64,000 nt of DNA from Octopus sinensis (Eukaryota), in NCBI RefSeq assembly GCF_006345805.1, contig NC_042998.1, forward strand, positions 7,626,001 to 7,690,000, in the 5' to 3' direction. The notes under the pieces were generated by a model, which was not told the origin of the DNA, did not search any database, and saw nothing but the letters and a program-made list of their open reading frames with translations. Shown here in pieces: positions 54,101 to 64,000 of this stretch. Numbering within the stretch: the stretch's first letter is position 1; each line of letters begins with the position of its first letter. The translations under genes and the position numbers were made by a program.

Positions 54101-55622
54101 GGTATTTCACTGATCCTTACAAAAACTAGCATCAGTATGGCTAGGCGTATTATATAGAAAACACAGAAAATTGCAAATCGATTAGTTTATTGGTTTTAAG
54201 AAGTTTTAAGAATTTGTGAGCGCGACAGTTTTGCTGTTACACCCGGTATGTATACGTATATATCAAATGCGAATTTGATTCCGATTGTTGTTGGAAAAGG
54301 TGGTTTCCAATATTAGAGTAGCTGTCATCATATTTTGCAATGCGAGTATGAGTATTAACGCATGACGAAAAATATATATCATTGGTAATAGGAATAAATG
54401 CGTGTGTATGATGTGATGTGTACATGATATGTGTTTGTGGTTGCGTTGTAGGAATAATGACAGAATAGAAGAGAAAAGAAAGAAAAATACTCGAAGAGAA
54501 GAATCATACGGCATTAACTTTCAAGTAAAGAAATATATAGATCTTTCAATTCATTATAATGAGAGGTGGATACAGATCAAGTGTATGTAAATTATTTTGT
54601 CATACATGAGGTATACTTATTTATCTATTTTCAGTGTCACAAACCTAATGTATGTGTGTTTCTAAACACCCGAAAATGCAGTTTTCTTTCGCAAAAAATC
54701 CCTTTAAAGACTTATGGTATTAAAAAACTAGCGGTTCATCGATGTCGCGTACTCGAGTCACTTCTGTAACGAAATCGAAATATCTAGCCTTAAATATACA
54801 CCGATAATATATAAATTATACGCCGATTTGCAATTGCGGCGCATAATCAGAATAAAACTGAATACAACAGAAGTAACTCTATTATGTAAACATTATCAAT
54901 ACTTCATATATTAAGTATCTCTTGCTCTCATAATTACATCTGGAGTGATTTTGTTTCGCCTCTAAAGTATATTGTGTTTTTTAACACTATACGTCTTTAC
55001 AGGGATTTCCCAGAACTAAAAAACCGTAGCTTGCAGCATTTAAAGAACATATATACATTAAATAAGCAGTATTGATAACGTTCTTGTCACAAAGCTGCTT
55101 CAGTTGCATTATTCGAATTTATTCTGCTTATGCGGAGCGATTGCAATTGAGCAGATAATTTATATATTATCTGTATATATTTCAGACTAGAGATTTCGAT
55201 TTTGTTTCGGAAATGACACGAGAGAGCAGAATTGATAAGCGGCAACTACGGCGAAATACGGTATCTACCGCTCTCGTGATTAATTCCTCAACGATTTCGT
55301 TAAAGTATATTAAATTTTTTAAGCTTTAAATTATTAAAGGGATTTTTCCTGGAAGAAAAACCGCAGCTTCTAGCTTTTAAACAACACATACATGTTAAGT
55401 ATATAGTATTGATGATAATTACATTGCAGAGCAGATGTTATTCCACAATTCGAATTTATTTATCTATTTATTCTCAAAATACAGAATCAGTATTACGGAA
55501 CGAAACACTTGAAAGAGTAGTAAAATAAAAGGACGTGGAGACGAGGATGGTCAGGAACTTAAGTATGCGGCTAGAAAACATAAAATGTTTATTTTAAGGA
55601 AGGATATTTTGTAAATACTTAC

Positions 55623-55850
55623 GGAACATTTTCCACCAAGACAGTACGATCCATTTCCGCATTCAATCCCATCCAAGTCAACAGACTGCAACTTTACAAC
55701 ATGTCCACCCGAATTAGCTTTGCATACTAGTGTGCAGATGTTATTTGGTTCCACCATCGAGGTCCATGACAAATATTTTCCTTTCTGTGCAACGTGATTG
55801 TAACGTTGACAGAGTGATTTTCGTACATCGCTAGCACCACCGGGACATTC
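55623..55850 (-). CDS. ADAMTSL1/3 (madd-4): ADAMTSL exon b: Cys-rich region (ECPGGASDVRKSLCQRYN...CTLVCKA...DGIECGNGSYCLGGKCS)
   Basis: Polypyrimidine tract plus ctag|GAA, donor TCC|gtaagt, 228 nt, phase 0-0; Cys spacing of the ADAMTS Cys-rich domain. Confidence 0.92.
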
Positions 55851-56521
55851 CTAGTGAATATAAAAAAAGAAGATAAAACGTAATGGACAAGGAATGTTTT
55901 AGCGTATCTTTCAAATTATATGTACCGTATGTGTTAATAATTTTTTAGATATATAATAAAAATAAAATATTGTAAATCAAAACGAAGCATTGGTAAAACT
56001 ATCCATATTGATTATAATTCATTTTTGATGGGGTATTATGTTGTTTCACTACTTTTGATGATATTGTATAAAATATAAAATTAGGACATGTAATGTCAAT
56101 AGAAATATAAAGCTTGTAAGCATCTCGAGAGGGTCTAATAGATTGTATCGAAGACAAATGCTGCTGATGATTTATAGATAAATATGTGAGTATAATTGCA
56201 TATTATATTGATAAAGAAACAATTGTTCAGCATTAATCTATCTTTTCGTTGTATTTCACTTTCCTTACGTTGAAGGTAATGTTATTTCTTTGTGGAAACT
56301 ACTTCGGTGGCTATACCAGAATAAGGAGCTATTTTTAGCTCTAGAGTTAACCACTTAACGGTAACTCTCTTATATTTACGTATAAATTTGTACTGTCTCC
56401 CTGGTTTTTTTATGTGCTAAGCCACTTGGTGTTAAACTGATGGTATTATTAAATTAATATCTAATTTTTCACCCTCATTTATGAATTTATATATATATAT
56501 ATATATAATATATATATATAT

Positions 56522-58318
56522 AAGTTTTTTAGCTGCTATTTCTAATGAGTTCAGTATGCGGCAAAGTAATTTATTTTACTAAGCCCTTTTATATAATGTA
56601 ATAATTTGAATTCGCCTTGAATGGTCCCTTTGCATACTGAACACTTGGTGAAATGATTAATAATTAATTAATTTGCCCTCAATTGTTGAAATTATAATTA
56701 ATCTCCCTCTGATTAATGCTTCGGATTTTACCGAAATAAGCATAGTGTTTGATGATTTTAACCCACGCTGGTGGAAAGGGAGAACAGAGATTCTTCGCTT
56801 GCTTATTTGAATTTGTTGGCACTGTTAGTTGGGGGCAGATCTTCGAAAGGGTATGTTCTTATTTTCAGTGTTTCCAAATCCAAACCAAGGAATTTCTGAG
56901 CCGATGATAGAAATGTTGTTTTGACTAATCTTGAAACGTACGTTCTCGAATAACCTTAGCATTTGATTTTTCGATGTCCTTACCCCCAAACTTTTGTGAG
57001 TTGAATTAAGCAAACACTATATATGAGAGAGATTTTCTTTAAGTATTAGAAATAGCCTTAAAAAAGTTTTTTAGCTGCTATTCTAATGAGTTCAGTATGC
57101 GGCAAAGTAATATTTTACTAAGCCCTTTTATATAATGTAATAATTTGAATTCGCCTTGAATGGTCCCTTTACATACTGAACACTTGGTGAAATTGATTAA
57201 TAATTAATTAATTTTGCCCTCAATTGTTGAAATTATAATTAATCTCCCTCTGATTAATGCTTCGGATTTTACCGAAATAAGCATAGTTTTTGATGATTTT
57301 AACCCACGCTGGTGGAAAGGGGAGAACAGAGATTCTTCGCTTGCTTATTTTGAATTTGTTGGCACTGTTAGTTGGGAGCAGATCTTCGAAAGGGTATGTT
57401 CTTATTTTCAGTGTTTCCAAATCCAAACCAAGGAATTTCTGAGCCGATGATAGAAATGTTGTTTGGACTAATCTTGAAACGTACGTTCTCGAATAACCTT
57501 AGCATTTGATTTTTCGATGTCCTTACCCCCAAACTTTTGTGAGTTGAATTAAGCAAACACTATATATGAGAGAGATTTTCTTTAAGTATTAGAAATAGCC
57601 TTAAAAAAGTTTTTTAGCTGCTATTTCTAATGAGTTCAGTATGCGGCAAAGTAATTTATTTTACTAAGCCCTTTTATATAATGTAATAATTTGAATTCGC
57701 CTGAATGGTCCCTTTGCATACTGAACACTTGGTGAAATTGATTAATAATTAATTAATTTTGCCCTCAATTGTTGAAATTATAATTAATCTCCCTCTGATT
57801 AATGCTTCGGATTTTACCGAAATAAGCATAGTGTTTGATGATTTTAACCCACGCTGGTGGAAAGGGGAGAACAGAGATTCTTCGCTTGCTTATTTTGAAT
57901 TTGTTGGCACTGTTAGTTGGAGCAGATCTTCGAAAGGGTATGTTCTTATTTTCAGTGTTTCCAAATCCAAACCAAGGAATTTCTGAGCCGATGATAGAAA
58001 TGTTGTTTTGACTAATCTTGAAACGTACGTTCTCGAATAACCTTAGCATTTGATTTTTCGATGTCCTTACCCCCAAACTTTTGTGAGTTGAATTAGCAAA
58101 CACTATATATGAGAGAGATTTTCTTTAAGTATTAGAAATAGCCTTAAAAAAGTTTTTTAGCTGCTATTTCTAATGAGTTCAGTATGCGGCAAAGTAATTT
58201 ATTTTACTAAGCCCTTTTATATAATGTAATAATTTGAATTCGCCTTGAATGGTCCCTTTGCATACTGAACACTTGGTGAAATTGATTAATAATTAATTAA
58301 TTTTGCCCTCAATTGTTG

Positions 58319-58322
<4 letters not shown>
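56522..58322. repeat. Head-to-tail tandem array, about 543-bp unit x 3.3, flanked by (TA)n
   Basis: Unit starts recur at 56524, 57066, 57609 and 58152. The unit has 11-bp inverted ends CTATTTCTAAT/ATTAGAAATAG. Copies differ mainly by homopolymer indels. Confidence 0.92.
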
Positions 58323-58369
<47 letters not shown>

Positions 58370-58818
58370 ATATATATATATATTACAGGCTTACTAACAC
58401 AAACCTTATCTTTGTATTTCGTTTTTATATTTAGTTAGCAAGAGATTCTCGATGTAAACAGATTTTGTGGTATTTCGGGTGTGTCATAAATAATAGACAC
58501 AGGCACTGGTTCTACTTCACTTCTTTATTTGTCAATAGTAAATTGCTCAACAATCTAATCAAATAACTTATCGATTATTTGATAAGTCGATCGGTCAATT
58601 AATCAATGAACCAATCAATAAATCAGCCAGGTTTCTCAAAGCTCTTTCGTCACTAATTGCGACCTCATTAAAAGGCATGCTCTCTCTCAGCTCCAGATCT
58701 ACTTCAAGTCTATACTCGTGTCTTTTAGAAGCAAAGAGATTTTAAGGAACCTCGATGAAAGAATGACCGAACAATTAATCAAACAATCGATTAGTTTAGT
58801 GATTAAATTGGTTAACCA

Positions 58819-59236
58819 AGGCGCAGGAGTGGCTGTGTGGTAAGTAGCTTGCTCACCAACCACATGGTTCTGGGTTCAGTCCCACTGCGTGACACCTTGT
58901 GCAAGTGTCTTCTACTATAGCCTCGCGCCGACCAAAGCCTTGTGAGTAGATTTGGTAGACGGAAACTAAAAGAATCCCGTCGTATACATGTCTCTCTCTA
59001 CATATAAATGTATGTGTATGTATATGTTGGTGTGTCTGTGTTTGTCTCCCCAGCATCGCTTGACAACCGATGCTGGTGTGCTTACGTTCCCGTAACTTAG
59101 CGGTTCGGCAAAAGAGACTGATAGAATAAGTACTAGGCTTACAAAGAATAAGTCCCGGGGTCGATTTGCTCGACTAAAGGCGGTGCTCCAGCATGGCCGC
59201 AGTCAAATGACTGAAACAAGTAGAAGAGTAAAAGAG

Positions 59237-59238
<2 letters not shown>
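58819..59238 (+). mobile_element. SINE family A, full length
   Basis: Matches the family A consensus. Confidence 0.9.
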
Positions 59239-59239
<1 letters not shown>

Positions 59240-59272
<33 letters not shown>

Positions 59273-59370
59273 CATTCTTCAGACATATTGACTCAAATAT
59301 ATATTTTTTAACCTTTTAAAACAAGCCTTCTGTAGTTTTTTCACTTTTTACTATTTTCTATATATATATA

Positions 59371-59405
<35 letters not shown>

Positions 59406-59520
59406 ACATTCTTCAGACATATTGACTCAAATATATATTTTTTAACCTTTTAAAACAAGCCTTCTGTAGTTTTTTCACTTTTTACTATTTTCTATATATA
59501 TATATATATATATATAGGCT
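59240..59520. repeat. Exact tandem duplication (period about 135 bp) with TA-tract boundaries
   Basis: aacattcttcagacatattgactc...ttactattttc occurs at about 59271 and about 59406. Confidence 0.9.
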
Positions 59521-60013
59521 ATATTAAATCTCTAAGCGAGATATAAACAGTAGCAATACGGAATCGTAACATATAATTGCCAAGAGTGGCGTCCTACACG
59601 GGACAGTGGTTCTCACGTTTATAGGTCCAAGAAGACATCTCTTCCAGCTGGCTAACGACACACAATCTGTGTCCGATTAGTATTTACGAGGGGAGATCAT
59701 CGCTCCCATCTCGTTACAGCTGTAGAGAGAGAGAGTCTCTACTGCTCTGAGAAATATTCTCTAGGGATTACATATTTTCATGAGATTGGGCGCCTTTCTT
59801 AGCAAGGCCCCTAGGAATAGTAATACCGTCGCCTGAGCCTGCTGTGAATGTTCTGAATTGCTTGAATTCAAGAACTCGCTTGAACGGAACACTTTTAAGG
59901 ATTTAGAGCGCTATGTAAACTGTGGTGGATCACATATTCCATTTTCTTGGTACTGAGGTGTAGTCCCTTGCATTCAGTTTCTACCAGAGACAGAGGAGGT
60001 TCACCATTTATAG

Positions 60014-60902
60014 TTGCAGCCAACTGCAAAAAAATATCGTCGGTAATATATCTTCCATTCATAATATGATTTTGCGGAAGTTTTGAATTTCTACACGCGA
60101 GATTTAAAGTTTCTAAGTAAACACCTTAGTTCCATTGTCACCAAATTTTACCTCACTCTTTCAAGGAATATCTTATTTTTCATTCATGGAATGTATGAGT
60201 TTTCCCAGCTCTTCAGTTTCCATTTACATCCCGGCATTTTTTTTAAAGTAAATATACAGCTAATCGCTTTTGTTCTGAAACTGGAGCTTAAACTTATAAT
60301 ACCACAAGGAAACAATGGAACAAAGAGGAAATTTAAAATCCTCCTCAAACATTATTAAGTTCAAATAACAATAACAACAAGCCTAACACATAACAATGTC
60401 GTTTCATTTTTGGACAGAGATCAGAACAAACAGTCTTATGAATCAAACTACTTCATTAGTAACACAACAGGCAAGAGGTGTACAATGTGAATTATTAAAA
60501 GAGACTTTAACGAACCTCGATGAAAGAATGACCGAACAATTAATCAAACAATCGATTAGTTTATTGATTAAATTGGTTAACCAAGGCGCAGGAGTGGCTG
60601 TGTGGTAAGTAGCTTGCTCACCAACCACATGTTTCTGGGTTCAGTCCCACTGCGTTACACCTTGGGCAAGTGTCTTCTACTATAGCCTCGCTGGGAAAAC
60701 TCGTACATTCCATGAATGAAAAATAAGATATTCCTTGAAAGAGTGAGGTAAAATTTGGTGACAATGGAACTAAGGTGTTTACTTAGTAACAGTAAATCTC
60801 GCGTGTAGAAATTCAAAACTTCCGCAAATTCCTATACTTATTTCTGTCCTATTATGAATGGAAGATATATTACCGACGATATTTTTTTGCAGTTGGTTGC
60901 AA
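60014..60902. repeat. About 200-bp inverted repeat pair (60014-60209 / 60690-60902) enclosing a copy of 58733-58926
   Basis: The arms are reverse complements (ttgcagccaactgc...ttttcccagc versus gctgggaaaa...gcagttggttgcaa). Confidence 0.85.
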
Positions 60903-62970
60903 TCATAAATCCACAGGGATAGAAAGGAAAATAAAGGACCACTTTAAATTTTCTTCTCAACTCAGATTTTTTAAAATTATAATGAAAGTTATATTTATAA
61001 AATCTGAACCAGTAAATTATTCCCAGAACGCAAATTTATCTCAGTTTGGGAATCCCTGATCTAAAGCATTGCTTTAATAAAATTATAGTTTTATATTTCA
61101 GCACATCAAACAATTTACTCTGCTTATTTTTTATAAATTTCATATGTCTATTACCCAATACTTCTGCACTGGATATCTAAGTTTACACAATTTAAAAGTG
61201 TGTCAAATATTCACCAAGCTGCAAAATGCCCGACACTTTAATATTTGACATAAAAAGGAAATATTTATATTTCGTGAGACTACATTATATCAGCCACCAT
61301 AGTAGTAATATTATGGCTGTAATGGGTGTAATTTATACTGCTTGTATCAATATTCTACTTGTCACTTTAATAATATTTGCTGGTGCTTCTGTGTCACAAA
61401 CATTCCTAATTGACTAATAATAGGGTGGTTCAAAAGTTAAAATGTTGCTAATTCGTTTAATGAGGTAACTGTATATCTAGTTTGAAATTAAAAGATAGAC
61501 GTGTCAATAAGTCAGTAAATATATACAAATATTTATCTAAAATACTCTTGTCACATATTATCAGTACACATTATTTCAGAAGTAAGTAAGAGACAATTTG
61601 AAGTTCCATTGGAATCTTGAGAATGCTTTTTTTACCCCGGGAGACTTCTTTCATTGATATTCTATATGTTTGTATTTAAAATATATATTTATAAATACTC
61701 AAAGGTCTCATGGAAATATCACATGTTCTACATCGTAAAGTTTGGATTCTGATAACAAGTTTTCAAACCATTAAATTTTTTTTAGAAAATAATAGCCAAC
61801 TAGATTCTAATATCAGATGAAATTAGATATATTTTTTTTAATGGAAGTTAACCCCATTTCAACAAGGTAGTAAGTAACCAGCGATAAACAGGCTTCAAGA
61901 GTTAAAGAAAATGTGAGAAAGTGCCTGCTCTAAAAAACTTAAAACGACCAATATAATGTTTTAAAAAGCTACTAAAATTGTTTTATGCGAATAAGAGATT
62001 TTCTTATTCTTCTTACCAGAGGGAATGACAGAAGTGAAAGGATAAGAACTGATAAAGACATAACACTCAATGTTTAAACTTAAGAGGTTGTACAAGAGAA
62101 GAAATTCGGCATAGAAGCGCTTTTAGAATAGAGATAAAGAAACAGTGTCTTGGAAACAAGAAAGGGGTTGAAGTTGGAGTTCATAAACAGAAGCCAAAAA
62201 ATTAGAAACTCGCTTCCGGACTCGATTAAGGAGAATGACAAGACCAGTGGAAATTAGTGTTCTATAAAAAAAGTGAATAAAGGACGTACAAAGATGAATT
62301 ATTAATTTGGAGGATGATCTGATATAGAGAGCAAACCTTTATAATGAATGATCTAGTAACAGACCTTAATATTAATATTTCATTAGGAAAAGGTAAAACT
62401 GCAAAACGGAGACTAGAAAACTCAGGAAGAACAGCATCAGTCATAGAAATACGAATATCATAAAAAATAAGGACATTACAAGGAGTATACTGTGTAGCGA
62501 TGAACATTAATGTTTAATGTGAAACGTGAAGCACTGAAAGGTTAATGTATTGTGGGATCCAATAGAAAGAAGAGTGGTAGCTTTTTCTCAGAATCGAAGA
62601 GTCCATAAATATGAACTTTTGTAGACAGGTAGCATCAATACTGAATTGAAGACACTCAACTAAAACGAAAGTATTCAAAGTTGCATTATAGGATATGCTA
62701 CAGAAATAGTGAAATGCTAAAAAGACAAAAAAATCCGATTACGATGATATTTTATACCTCTCAAGTGGTTATCTTTCCTTCAGTCTTGAATGCTAAAAGA
62801 AATATTGATTTATACAGGGCTTCAGTATACACTATAATGGAGAATATTTGTCTTAATTATATAGAAATAACTACTGCCCATTGTACATATAGATATCAAC
62901 ATGTAAGAGCAATTTGTTAAAAGTTAATATTCCAAAACTAAAGCAGAAGAAATATTGTAAATATTTTTAC

Positions 62971-63135
62971 CTGATCGTTACATATTTTATATTTCGTATG
63001 TTCTCCAGGGCAATCAGCTTGTTTACGGCTCTGGCACATGCGTCGTTTGAATGAAATCCCTTGACCACACGTCTTCATGCAAGGACCATAAGCACTCCAC
63101 GGCGCCCAGTTGCTAAGTACTGGAACACAAACTCC
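62971..63135 (-). CDS. ADAMTSL1/3 (madd-4): ADAMTSL exon a: first TSP1 repeat (GVCVPVLSNWAPWSAYGPCMKTCGQGISFKRRMC...KICNDQ)
   Basis: Acceptor ttgcag|GGA, donor CAG|gtaaaa, 165 nt, phase 0-0; WxxWS..C..TCG.G TSP1 motif. Confidence 0.9.
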
Positions 63136-63562
63136 CTGCAATGCAGAAATAATAATGTTGTAAAGGAATGTTTGCTATTTTATGATAAATTATGAAAATA
63201 TCATCACTAGCGCATGCGCTTGCTATGCTGCAATGGGGAAATCTTTATAGAATTAATTTGCTTCTGGCTGATCTGGAAATGACAAATGAAGAGACAGAAA
63301 AATTTGTACTGCATTGATCAATGCAGGTAGCTTATCGGATGTGATTCTTGGATGTCACCTTTAGGTTAGCAAATTAGCAACTTAGTGTTAGCTGTGTGCA
63401 TTATGTAGTTGCTATATTTCATAGATTCGAAACGATCCAATGCACGGAATAAAATAAATAAACAATAACATGATGGCTGATACAATAGAAGTAATGAAAC
63501 CAAAACTTACAATAAAAGAAATAATATATTATGAACGAAGATTTGCTTAAAATTACTCGCTG

Positions 63563-63618
63563 AGCAGAGTGGCGCAGTGGAAGTATGCAGATCCCATAAC
63601 TCGACACTGCGCTCTGCG
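63563..63618 (+). pseudogene. Internally deleted initiator tRNA-Met (CAT) pseudogene
   Basis: AGCAGAGTGGCGCAGTGGAAGTATGCAGATCCCATAAC matches the 5' half of metazoan tRNA-iMet. It is joined directly to TCGACACTGCGCTCTGC (T-loop remnant plus 3' acceptor strand); about 16-17 nt are missing. Confidence 0.75.
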
Positions 63619-63654
63619 AAGAAACGGAATTGTCTACAAATGTACCAACCACAT

Positions 63655-63881
63655 ATACTCTTTACTCTTTTACTTGTTTCAGTCATTTGACTGCGGCCAT
63701 GCTGGAGCACCACCTTTAGTCGAGCAAATCGACCCCGGGACTTATTCTTTGTAAGCCCAGTACTTATTCTATCGGTCTCTTTTGCCGAACCGCTAAGTCA
63801 CGGGGACGTAAACACACCAGCATCGGTTGTCAAGCAATGCTAGGGGGACAAACACAGACACACAAACACACACACACACAC

Positions 63882-63929
<48 letters not shown>

Positions 63930-64000
63930 ATACGACAGGCTTCTTTCAGTTTCCGTCTACCAAATCAACTCACAAGGCATTGGTCGGCCCGGGGCTATAA
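63655..64000 (-). mobile_element. SINE family A, cut by the window end
   Basis: Matches the family A consensus. Confidence 0.9.

Noticed and set aside
56825-58103. Repeated ORFs MLNSTHKSLGVRTSK… and MPSIVEIIINLP…
   Set aside because: Products of the 543-bp tandem array, broken by different indels in each copy; no recognisable domain.
56522-58322. CRISPR-like interpretation of the regular repeat
   Set aside because: Units are 543 bp with no unique spacers, in eukaryotic intronic context.
61226-61417. Plus-strand ORF with a hydrophobic signal-peptide-like stretch (MAVMGVIYTACINILLVTLIIFAGASVSQ)
   Set aside because: Wrong strand for the ADAMTSL gene, stops after a few more codons, no clear donor site; such stretches arise by chance in T-rich DNA.
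63419-63652. Minus-strand ORF as the ADAMTSL signal-peptide exon
   Set aside because: The only good donor (gtaagt near 63508) has an in-frame stop upstream in the phase required by exon a.

Overview
AT-rich, microsatellite-dense eukaryotic genomic DNA. The SINE families and repeat style suggest an octopus or other cephalopod; this is inferred from recalled repeat motifs, not from a database search. One protein-coding gene spans almost the whole window on the minus strand: a non-catalytic ADAMTS-like (punctin / ADAMTSL1-3 / MADD-4-type) secreted matrix protein. I could chain 8 GT-AG exons with consistent phases (63135 down to 4135, about 679 codons). The order is TSP1, Cys-rich region, several TSP1 repeats, a punctin-type Ig domain, then more TSP1 repeats. 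The signal-peptide exon and the expected terminal PLAC exon were not found. The introns, one of them 32 kb, hold tRNA-derived SINEs, Tc1/mariner and pogo relics, a piggyBac-type MITE, Penelope-like, R4/Dong-like and Hero-like retroelement fragments, local duplications and simple repeats. The most notable observation is a near-complete hammerhead-ribozyme core (GUC site, CUGAUGA, GAAA, stems I and III) in a non-canonical, pseudoknotted strand order in the 3' UTR of the Hero-like LINE fragment at about 3.05-3.16 kb. Also notable: the ADAMTSL protein lacks the spacer domain within a single exon, there are two fold-back (inverted-repeat) structures, and there is an internally deleted tRNA-iMet pseudogene. 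Most ORFs in the supplied track are microsatellite or SINE artefacts.
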